Positions 49,211-57,317 of a stretch of 64,000 nt of DNA are shown here, one piece after another (the stretch's first letter is position 1; each line of letters starts with the position of its first letter). The DNA comes from an uncultured bacterium (GTDB lineage Bacteria > Patescibacteriota > Minisyncoccia > Moranbacterales > UBA2206), in contig CAIZXS010000017.1 of assembly GCA_903937035.1 (NCBI GenBank), positions 660-64,659 on the forward strand, in the 5' to 3' direction. The translations under genes were made by a program, and so were the position numbers. A model generated the notes under the pieces. The model was given only the letters and a program-made list of their open reading frames with translations. It ran no database searches and was not told the DNA's origin.

Positions 49211-50061
49211 AAAATGATATAACCCAGGCGTATCTTCGCGAGGTTAAAAGTAGCCCCTTGCTCTCCCGAGAAGAAGAAGTTGAATTGGCAAAAAGAATCG
49301 AACTAGGAGATGAGCAAGCGCTTAAGCTGTTTATCCAGTCGAATCTTCGGCTAGTTATTCGTTTCGCCAAAATCTATTCACGCTACAACAAGCATGTGCA
49401 ATTGCTTGATTGCATTCAAGAAGGCAATATTGGGCTGATGCAAGCAGTGAAAGGATTCGATTGGCGGCTAGGTTATAAATTTTCCACTTACGCTACTGAT
49501 TGGATTCGCCAAGGAATTATGAAAGCCACTATATCTGACAATGGGGCGATCCATCTTCCATCTGAAGTGGGAGAGGCCATAATAAAGCTTAGAAAGACGG
49601 AAAGTGAGCTGTTGAGAATCTTGGTTCGGCAGCCATCAATAGAAGAGATTGCGGAGCGAATGGGTATCTCGCAAGAGGAAGTTTTAATGTTAATTAGGAA
49701 GATGCGGAGAGCGAAATCTTTGAACGATCCAATGTCTGATGAAGATGATGCTGTGGAATTTGGGGATATGCAGCCAGACAAGGCGAGCTGTTCTGTTGAA
49801 GATCTTGTCATTAACAAGGAGCTTGGGGAAAAAATTTCACAGGCGATGGATGCTCTGACTGAAGAAGAAAGGCAAATTTTTTTGCTTATGGTAAGCGGAG
49901 ATCTCTTTATAAAAGAGATTGCAGAAAAGCTTTGCCTGAGGCCGGAAAAAATCAGGCAGATCTATAGTGTTGCTATTAGAAAGTTAAGGGAAGTAAAAGA
50001 ACTCAAACCATACCGAAATACTGTTTCCAAGATTAAAATGGATAAATGCCGTAAAAAATAG
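49186..50061 (+). CDS. RpoD/RpoS-like sigma-70 factor, divergent, lacking region 1.1
   Basis: YLREV..PLLSREEEVELA, SNLRLVI, DCIQEGNIGLMQAV..FD...GYKFSTYA. Confidence 0.9.
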   Translation: MCKKSEWLENDITQAYLREVKSSPLLSREEEVELAKRIELGDEQALKLFIQSNLRLVIRFAKIYSRYNKHVQLLDCIQEGNIGLMQAVKGFDWRLGYKFSTYATDWIRQGIMKATISDNGAIHLPSEVGEAIIKLRKTESELLRILVRQPSIEEIAERMGISQEEVLMLIRKMRRAKSLNDPMSDEDDAVEFGDMQPDKASCSVEDLVINKELGEKISQAMDALTEEERQIFLLMVSGDLFIKEIAEKLCLRPEKIRQIYSVAIRKLREVKELKPYRNTVSKIKMDKCRKK

Positions 50062-50062
50062 A

Positions 50063-50102
50063 AGAACTCTGGACGCAATGCGTTCAGGGTTCTTTTCTTT
50101 TT
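50063..50102 (+). terminator. Intrinsic terminator
   Basis: AGAACTCTGGACGC-aat-GCGTTCAGGGTTCT followed by a T-run. Confidence 0.7.
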
Positions 50103-50129
50103 GCATAGTGAGTGACACGGTGGGGTAAT

Positions 50130-50275
50130 TTATATTTGCGGACTTAAATCAGGGATATGAATATATTCCTTTCTACTCATAAAAATAGTTCTAACGTCCT
50201 TCACTATCCCGTGCATGACACAAAAAGAGGCTTATTTAAGCCTGTTTTTTGATAGGGCAGTGGGAAGTTAGAACT
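50130..50275. repeat. Cassette junction J1
   Basis: AAAATAGTTCTAACGT-N12-CGTGCA plus hairpin; minus-strand MHGIVKDVRTIFMSRKEYIHIPDLSPQI*. Confidence 0.85.
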
Positions 50276-50351
50276 TTTTGAAAAGTTGTATTGACTGTTT
50301 TTCTTAATATGGTATACTGCCAATAAAGAGCTAAACCATATTAAAAAACAT

Positions 50352-51296
50352 ATGCAATATTTAGATGAAAAAATTCAAAAGAGAATTGATGACAAATTAG
50401 CATTGTTAAATTCCTTTCGACCACTTCCGATCAGTTCTGTCAGAAAACTCAAAGAACAATTTAAGATAGAAATGACCTATAATTCGAATGCGATTGAAGG
50501 AAATAGTCTAACACTTAAGGAAACCTATCTTGTTATCAACGAAGGACTGACCATTAAAGGCAAGCCGTTAAAAGATCATCTTGAGGCTAAAAATCATCAA
50601 GAAGCCTTAGAATACCTGTATGATTTAGTGGAAAAGGATAAAAAGAATACTTTTTCAGAAAACTTGATTCGTTCACTTAATCAGATAGTGCAGCAAAATA
50701 TTGATAAAGAGTGGGCGGGAAGATATCGAAATAGTGGGGTGATTATCGGTGGTGCCGACCACAGACCACCGGAAGCATTGGAGATTCCAAAGCTTATGCG
50801 AGATCTTGTTGGGTGGGTTGGGAGTAATAATAAAAAAATGCATCCGGTGGACTTGGCAAGCATAGTTCATCACAAGCTTGTTTTTATTCATCCTTTTTTT
50901 GATGGCAATGGTAGAACATCAAGATTAGTTATGAATATTCTTTTAATGCAATCGGGTTTGCCGTTGGTAATTGTTTTGAAAAATGACCGAAAAAAATACT
51001 ATCAAACTTTATCATTTGCAGATAAGGGGGACTACGTGCCTTTTGTAAATTTCATTGCTCGTGCAGTTGAAAGAACATTGGATATCTATCTGAAAATACT
51101 TTCACCGAGCAAAAAAGGCAATGAAAAATATATTTCTCTTGCTGATTTGGCCAAAGAGTCGAAATTTACAGAAAAATATCTCAATCTTCTGGCGCGCAGT
51201 GGAAAATTGGAAGCCCACAAAGAAGGACGTAATTGGATTACGTCCAAAGATGCGCTTAAAAGATACATGGATAGTCGAGAAAGGGTGAGGAAATAA
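50352..51296 (+). CDS. Fic-family protein with C-terminal HTH-like tail
   Basis: HPFFDGNGRTSR and inhibitory-helix motif SNAIEGN; own promoter TTGACT-16-TATACT (50291-50318). Confidence 0.92.
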   Translation: MQYLDEKIQKRIDDKLALLNSFRPLPISSVRKLKEQFKIEMTYNSNAIEGNSLTLKETYLVINEGLTIKGKPLKDHLEAKNHQEALEYLYDLVEKDKKNTFSENLIRSLNQIVQQNIDKEWAGRYRNSGVIIGGADHRPPEALEIPKLMRDLVGWVGSNNKKMHPVDLASIVHHKLVFIHPFFDGNGRTSRLVMNILLMQSGLPLVIVLKNDRKKYYQTLSFADKGDYVPFVNFIARAVERTLDIYLKILSPSKKGNEKYISLADLAKESKFTEKYLNLLARSGKLEAHKEGRNWITSKDALKRYMDSRERVRK

Positions 51297-51341
51297 AAAC
51301 CAGCCCAGAAAAAGTTACCTACCGGCTAAAAAAGAATTGGC

Positions 51342-51488
51342 TCACCCCAAATTCAAGTCTGGAATATAAATATACTCTTTCCTTTTCATAAAAATAATTC
51401 TAACGTCCTTTACTACGGCGTGCACTTGAGAATATAACCAAAATTGAGGCTTATTTAAGCCTCAATTTTGGTTATAATAGTTAGTATT
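51342..51488. repeat. Cassette junction J2
   Basis: Minus-strand VHAVVKDVRIIFMKRKEYIYIPDLNLG*; right arm resembles the tRNA-Trp 3' flank. Confidence 0.85.
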
Positions 51489-51594
51489 GCATATAAAAAG
51501 TGGTTAATTTATCTTATTTTATCACAATATTAACGATATATTGACAATAATACGTTAATACTGTATACTTAATGTATAATATTAACTAAAAAAT

Positions 51595-52494
51595 ATGCCA
51601 ATTACAAATCCGATTAAAAAGCGCATTGGGGCACTAAAAAGTGAATATGACAAGCTTCGCAAAGGAAAAGAGTCCCTGCTGGTTTTACTTGATGAGGCTG
51701 AAATTCCAGAGAGTGTTTATAATTCTAATGCTATTGAAAATTCAACGCTGACATTAAAAGAAACTGAAAAAATTCTCTTGGAAATGGAGGTTTCTCGCGA
51801 TGTGAGTGTGCGGGAAGTTTATGAGGCAAAAAATTTATCTAGAGTTATTAATTATATCCGAGATAAATCCAAAGAAAAAGAGATTGATAAGGAATTAATT
51901 TTGTTACTTCATCAAATGCTAATTGGTGGAATCAATGATGAATTTGCTGGGAGATTTAGAAGTGCAGGTGAGTATGTGCGAGTTGGGACACACGTGGCTC
52001 CAGCTCCAGAAAAAGTTGCCGCGATGATTGAAGATCTATTAAACTATTATACCAATAATTTAGATAAATATTTTTTAGATAAAATTGCCAAATTTCATCT
52101 GGATTTCGAAACAATACATCCTTTTTGTGATGGTAATGGAAGAATTGGTAGAGTTCTTTTGAATTATCAATTTTTGAGACTTGGACTCCCAATGATAATT
52201 ATTCGTGATAAAGAAAAAGCGCAATACTATAAATCATTTGGCGATTATCGTTATCAAGAAAATTCAAAGACAATGGAAAAGGTTTTAGCACTTGCACTCA
52301 CGGAATCACTGCACAAAAGAATCGCATATCTAAAAGGTGAGGAAATTATTAAATTGTCTGAATATGCAAAAAAGAATGAGCAATCAGTGCATGCACTCCT
52401 GAATGCTGCTAGAAGACAAAATATTCCCGCTTTCAGAGAAAAAGGTGTTTGGAAAATTGGTGTGTTATTTGCATATAATAATAAACAGACGTAG
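51595..52494 (+). CDS. Fic-family protein with C-terminal HTH-like tail
   Basis: HPFCDGNGRIGR and SNAIEN; own promoter TTGACA-17-TATACT (51541-51569). Confidence 0.92.
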   Translation: MPITNPIKKRIGALKSEYDKLRKGKESLLVLLDEAEIPESVYNSNAIENSTLTLKETEKILLEMEVSRDVSVREVYEAKNLSRVINYIRDKSKEKEIDKELILLLHQMLIGGINDEFAGRFRSAGEYVRVGTHVAPAPEKVAAMIEDLLNYYTNNLDKYFLDKIAKFHLDFETIHPFCDGNGRIGRVLLNYQFLRLGLPMIIIRDKEKAQYYKSFGDYRYQENSKTMEKVLALALTESLHKRIAYLKGEEIIKLSEYAKKNEQSVHALLNAARRQNIPAFREKGVWKIGVLFAYNNKQT

Positions 52495-52679
52495 CTGATG
52501 GGCATTACTCGGTAGTTTACGGACTGGATAATGAAAATATCTATCTTCAAAATCCAGAGACTGGTGGTTCGCGAAAGCTAGATAAAGAAGATTTTATGAC
52601 AGTTTGGTTTGATTTCACTGGAAAGTATATCAATGCCGATGAATTGATAATTAGCCAAATCATTGCAATTTATCGCTAA
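52485..52679 (+). pseudogene. 3' remnant of a C39-like peptidase gene
   Basis: DGHYSVVYGLDNENIYLQNPE...DFMTVWFDF; no start codon or catalytic Cys region. Confidence 0.65.
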
Positions 52680-52707
52680 TAATATAGCGAGTGACACTCT
52701 GGGGTGG

Positions 52708-52853
52708 TTATGTTTTTAAACCAAAATCGGGAATATAAATATGTTCTTTCCTCTGCATAAAAATAGTTCTAACGTTTCGGACTATGACGTGCAGACATAA
52801 AAAAGAGGCTTTGATTGGTCTCTTTTTTGGTGGGGCAGTGGGAAGTTAGAACT
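52708..52853. repeat. Cassette junction J3
   Basis: Minus-strand LHVIVRNVRTIFMQRKEHIYIPDFGLKT*; both flanks resemble J1. Confidence 0.85.
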
Positions 52854-52889
52854 GTGCTATAATATTGATATAAATTTATCTTTAAAAAT

Positions 52890-53687
52890 ATGAGCAAAAA
52901 AATCGCCTTTGGCGTAATTGGTGTTCTTGGTTTTTTAAAAATCATCTTGTTAATTATTACGGGCAGTATTTTCGGTATTGTTTATTGTTCAACATGGCTG
53001 GCTTGGTTTTTGCTAATCATATTTGCAATATTTATTTGGTTTTTTTATGGTTTCGCTTTTAAAACTCTTTATTCTTGGAAATTTATAATAATTTTCTTGG
53101 TAACAATTACAGCTATCATCTGTGTAATCGGTTTTTTTACTCATGCGATAAGATTTGGAAGTGATACAGGCGTACCAAATAATTTATCCAGCTCTGATGC
53201 TAAATTAAAAAAAGTTAACAGCGCTAATGATGTGGTATTAGTTGATTGCACTGCCACTAAAGATGCTAAAATTGAAAAAGTAGCAGGTTGGAATACTTAT
53301 CTATATCCAGCAAAAAAAACTAGTCCCATGCCGGATCCTGATAAGAAGATGGATCTGCAGGAATCATATTCATTAGCTAAATTGTTAAACAAAACAGAAG
53401 AAGGTAATGTTTATTATAAGGTTGAGCTAATAAATAGGGGTTATATACCCAGAGAAACCAAGAAGATTCTTGAGATTTGTAATGAAGATAATAAAACGAC
53501 AGAATATAACACTACCGTTACCACTAAGGATGGCGGTGCTTCGGAAAATGTTGTTGCCTCTGTCGGAAGCATCTTTTCATATTTTGTTCCTAGTAAAACT
53601 GGAAAATATCGTATTGATGCTTGGCTTTTTGCTAATGGGAAATGGATACTCACTGATAGGATTGAGCAGATAAATATTGTTGATTAG
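52890..53687 (+). CDS. Membrane protein, 3 N-terminal TMs plus extracellular domain
   Basis: Hydrophobic N-terminal ~85 aa; beta-rich C-terminus. Confidence 0.7.
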   Translation: MSKKIAFGVIGVLGFLKIILLIITGSIFGIVYCSTWLAWFLLIIFAIFIWFFYGFAFKTLYSWKFIIIFLVTITAIICVIGFFTHAIRFGSDTGVPNNLSSSDAKLKKVNSANDVVLVDCTATKDAKIEKVAGWNTYLYPAKKTSPMPDPDKKMDLQESYSLAKLLNKTEEGNVYYKVELINRGYIPRETKKILEICNEDNKTTEYNTTVTTKDGGASENVVASVGSIFSYFVPSKTGKYRIDAWLFANGKWILTDRIEQINIVD

Positions 53688-53760
53688 GAGTACATAGAAA
53701 AATAGTTTATTAATGTGAAAATGTATATAGCTAAATATTTAAAGATTGAATCCAGATATT

Positions 53761-55104
53761 ATGCGTAAAATTATAATTATTCTCATAATACTATTATTGA
53801 ATTTGAGTTTAATTTTACCAGCATTGGCCGAGGAAAAAATTTTTCCACAATCGGATTTTTTTCTCTATCTGGGAATTAGAAATGCGGCAGCTGGAATAGG
53901 TCCTGGTAAAATTGAAAAGATTTTATTTAGTTCGTCTCATGTAGACATGCGGGCTGGTAAAATAACTGCTGATCGGAATATTCCAATTAATTTTACACAA
54001 GGAGTTGAGGATGTCAGTGGCAATGCTCACTTAAGAATGGATGGGGATTATGACAAGAGTGATGGCAGGCTCTCTGGTTATTTTTCTATTGTCTCCAATG
54101 TGAAAGTTGTCTGGCACGGGGCTTTTGACAGCAATACGGATTGGGTGGAAACGATTAACGGATCGTTTAGTGGCCAGGTTGTCGATGAAAAGGTGATTAT
54201 ACGCTACAATGGAAAATCCAGCACAGAATCACATGAAGGAATGGCAGACGGCAAAGTAAGGAATAGATCTGAAGTCAATGACTATACTTCAGTTGTTGCT
54301 TGGCGTATGAATGACTACAAAGCACCAGAAGTACCAGTAGTGTCAGAAATTGATAAGGAATTTTTAGACAAAGACGGAAAGCCAGTTGATTCGCGGGCAC
54401 GCTTTGGATCACGAGATGGGCAGGTGGAAATTCATATTCCAGGTGAGCCGGAGGACGTATGGCACATTGCTACTCCAATAACAGTCATACCATATGGCGC
54501 TAGAATCAAGACAGATGACGATAGCGAGGCGATTATTTCCTTTCCTGATCATACGATATTTAAAATGAAACCAGAATCGACGATAATAATATCTAAGCCA
54601 CCAACAGATAATGATAGTAAATGGAAATTAGTAGCCGGAAATATTTGGGTTAATGTAAAAAAAGTGTTGAAAGATGGAACTATGGAGATTGATGTAAATC
54701 AGGCAGTGGCTGGAAAGAAGGGCACGACATTTGTTGCCTCGCAAATAGGAGACAACTCAGTATTCAAGGTTATTGAAGGCGAGATGTTTATCAAGGCCAA
54801 AAATAGTGACGAAACTGCCGATATTGTTGGTGGTCAACAAGCGACGATTGATAGCACTGGTAGGATAGTAAAAGAAAACTTTGATATTATTGCCGAGCAA
54901 GATACTTGGGATAAATCGGAAAAAGTTGATTTTGCAATGTTGGAAAAAGCCTTGCCGGCAGAAAGCACAGCGGAATTAGTGATTCAAGGTTCTCGTGATG
55001 ATAAACCTAAAAATAAAAACATTTTCTATATAATTGGCGGGTTGATTTTGATTGGCGGAATTTTTGTAGGTTTTTTTAAAAGAAAAAAAGTAAATATAAG
55101 TTAA
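53761..55104 (+). CDS. Exported FecR-like-domain protein with C-terminal membrane anchor
   Basis: Signal peptide; IKTDDDSEAIISFPD...L..GNIW...AVAGKKGTTF..V.EG; C-terminal TM followed by KRKK. Confidence 0.7.
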   Translation: MRKIIIILIILLLNLSLILPALAEEKIFPQSDFFLYLGIRNAAAGIGPGKIEKILFSSSHVDMRAGKITADRNIPINFTQGVEDVSGNAHLRMDGDYDKSDGRLSGYFSIVSNVKVVWHGAFDSNTDWVETINGSFSGQVVDEKVIIRYNGKSSTESHEGMADGKVRNRSEVNDYTSVVAWRMNDYKAPEVPVVSEIDKEFLDKDGKPVDSRARFGSRDGQVEIHIPGEPEDVWHIATPITVIPYGARIKTDDDSEAIISFPDHTIFKMKPESTIIISKPPTDNDSKWKLVAGNIWVNVKKVLKDGTMEIDVNQAVAGKKGTTFVASQIGDNSVFKVIEGEMFIKAKNSDETADIVGGQQATIDSTGRIVKENFDIIAEQDTWDKSEKVDFAMLEKALPAESTAELVIQGSRDDKPKNKNIFYIIGGLILIGGIFVGFFKRKKVNIS

Positions 55105-55250
55105 TTAACCAAATCTACCATCGTAGCAGAAAGGCTTGGAATATAAACATCTTGGCTATTTTCTTGAAATAAATTTTTAACGTCCCTTATTATCCCGTGC
55201 AGATTAGAAAATTCAAAAATTCAAAAGCCAGCTGATACGAGGATGGTTTT
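55101..55250. repeat. Cassette junction J4
   Basis: TTTTAACGT-N12-CGTGCA; minus-strand LHGIIRDVKNLFQENSQDVYIPSLSATMVDLVN*. Confidence 0.8.
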
Positions 55251-55305
55251 TTGTGGTATAATGAAATAGTAAAAATTCTTTTTTAAAAAGTAAAATAGAA
55301 AAATA

Positions 55306-56805
55306 ATGAAAAATAAGACATCGATAGTTGCCGCTCTTTTTTTAGCGGTAATGATTTTTATGGGCCTGAAAATTGATATGGCACGGGCAGGCGATCCTTT
55401 TGCTGCTTCTTTCGTAACTCCTCCAACTCCAGTAGACCTCTCTACTATTGATGGCACATCTGCAGAAATATCAGTTTCAACGAACAAGTCCGCTCAACAC
55501 TATGTTTTGAATAATTTTGATAATTCACTGATTGGCTGGTGGAGAGGGGAAGGTGACGCATTGGATGCTTCAGGGAATGGAAATGATGGGACGTTAATCG
55601 GGGGCGCGACTTATGCCACCGGAAAGTTTGGGCAAGCTTTCAGTTTGGATGGCGAGGATGACTATATTGATATGGAAAGTTCTTCAAGTTTGAATTTGCA
55701 ACATAGCTTTACAATGTCTGCTTGGGTTAAAACCGATACTATTTTTATAGGGACTCAAAGAATTCTTGGAAGAGTAGGGGCGCCCATTGGCGAAGACTTA
55801 GGTGGTGATGGATATGGCTGGGGGATAGTGGGGAATCAACTTAGATTTACAACATTTAACAAGCAGGATTACGACAGTACACTTGCAGATATCAATCCTG
55901 ATACGTGGTATCACTTGGCGATTGTTTTCGATTCAAATAATGCTGTTAGTTTCTATGTGGATGGCGAATATCTTGAAACTATTGCCGGATATGAGTCTGG
56001 GGATGATGTTTCGGAGGCAAATTTTACAATAGGTAATACTACATATTTCCAAGAACCGTGGAGTGGCTCTATTGACGATGTCGCTATTTTTGACAGAGTT
56101 TTATCGGAAGGCGAGATTAGTTCGCTATATAATGCTTTTGCAACTCAATACGATAACACTTTTACTGGTTTGGCTCGTGGTGAGCACACAACTCAAGCGC
56201 ACGCCGTTGATTTAGATGGAAATAAAGCTTCAACTGAAGAAAGGACGTTTACTGTTGGAGAGGAATCCGAAGCTGTCGAAGAAGAAGCGCAAAAAGCCCA
56301 CATTGATTCCTGGGAGTATTCTTTATTTACTGACCAAAGTTCATGTCCAGAAAAACTAAAACTTGAAATCAAGGGCAAACATTTCAAAGCGAATGCTAAA
56401 GTTAAGATTGGTAACAAAAAAGCCGCAGTGGTAGACAAAAAATCCAGCAAAAAACTAGTTGCCAGTTTTTGTATCGACAAGCTTCTTGATAATAAGCCAG
56501 GAACAAAACGCACAGTGAGTGTCAAAAATCCTGATACTGACACCGAAAAAGCGGACAAAAAGATTGATCTTTCTGTCCTCACCGGATTCAGTAATAACAA
56601 TATTCCACAAGGCAATTCTGAATGGGTCAAAAACATTCAAAGCGCTCTAGTGAAGCTGGGTTATCTTGATAGCCAATATGTAACCGGAGTTTATGGACCA
56701 ATCACTACCAAAGCTGTCAAAAAATTTCAAGCAGACAATGGCATAGAACAAACAGGTACGGTGGGACCGATCACGAAAGCTAAGCTCGTAGAGAAGGTGA
56801 AATAG
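55306..56805 (+). CDS. Exported LamG-like + peptidoglycan-binding (PG_binding_1) protein
   Basis: GKFGQAFSLDG, FTMSAWVK, WYHLAIV, GSIDDVAIFDRVLS; IQSALVKLGY...GVYGPITTKAVKKFQ..TGTVGPIT. Confidence 0.85.
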   Translation: MKNKTSIVAALFLAVMIFMGLKIDMARAGDPFAASFVTPPTPVDLSTIDGTSAEISVSTNKSAQHYVLNNFDNSLIGWWRGEGDALDASGNGNDGTLIGGATYATGKFGQAFSLDGEDDYIDMESSSSLNLQHSFTMSAWVKTDTIFIGTQRILGRVGAPIGEDLGGDGYGWGIVGNQLRFTTFNKQDYDSTLADINPDTWYHLAIVFDSNNAVSFYVDGEYLETIAGYESGDDVSEANFTIGNTTYFQEPWSGSIDDVAIFDRVLSEGEISSLYNAFATQYDNTFTGLARGEHTTQAHAVDLDGNKASTEERTFTVGEESEAVEEEAQKAHIDSWEYSLFTDQSSCPEKLKLEIKGKHFKANAKVKIGNKKAAVVDKKSSKKLVASFCIDKLLDNKPGTKRTVSVKNPDTDTEKADKKIDLSVLTGFSNNNIPQGNSEWVKNIQSALVKLGYLDSQYVTGVYGPITTKAVKKFQADNGIEQTGTVGPITKAKLVEKVK

Positions 56806-56807
56806 GA

Positions 56808-56925
56808 CTAATTAACCAAATTCACCGCTGTGGGAAAGAGATCTGGAATATAAACATGCTTCTTTTTGTTCGTCTTAGCTACCCGTGCAATCAAAAAACA
56901 AGGCTTATATAGAGCCTTATTTGAG
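56808..56925. repeat. Cassette junction J5 (internally deleted)
   Basis: TGGAATATAAACAT...CCCGTGCA plus AAGGCT..AGCCTT hairpin; minus-strand ...HVYIPDLFPTAVNLVN*. Confidence 0.75.
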
Positions 56926-57020
56926 TGTCAGCGGTATTGACAAAATAGTAAATGAAGTATATGCTAATTAGTTAATGATAGGTCTTTGACAATTTACGAA
57001 GAAATGCAAGTAAAAAGGAG

Positions 57021-57305
57021 GTGAGAAGCTTGAAGGTTGATTTTATTCGGTTGTTTCTGAGACTTTGTTGTCTGGGATTCATCTTGGGCAGATTCAAAAA
57101 AAGAGAATTAAGGAATGGGCGGGAACGAGGTTTCGTGACCGCGGTTTGTCCTCGGCCAGCAGGCCGCTGGATCATGGGAAATGATTTTCTTTATGAATCT
57201 GAACGGGCCATCTCGAAAGAAATTAAAAAAGGAGACTGGGTTGTCTACTTTGGTTATCGTTCGTCTTCTGGATGGAAGGCGAGGTTGGTTGCAAAAATAT
57301 TTTGA
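57021..57305 (+). CDS. Small hypothetical protein
   Basis: After promoter TTGACA-17-TATGCT (56937-56965) and AGGAGG; start uncertain. Confidence 0.4.
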   Translation: MRSLKVDFIRLFLRLCCLGFILGRFKKRELRNGRERGFVTAVCPRPAGRWIMGNDFLYESERAISKEIKKGDWVVYFGYRSSSGWKARLVAKIF

Positions 57306-57317
57306 AAGGAGGAAGTT

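Noticed and set aside
52890-56805. Diversity-generating retroelement targets
   Set aside because: No reverse transcriptase and no template/variable repeat pair seen.
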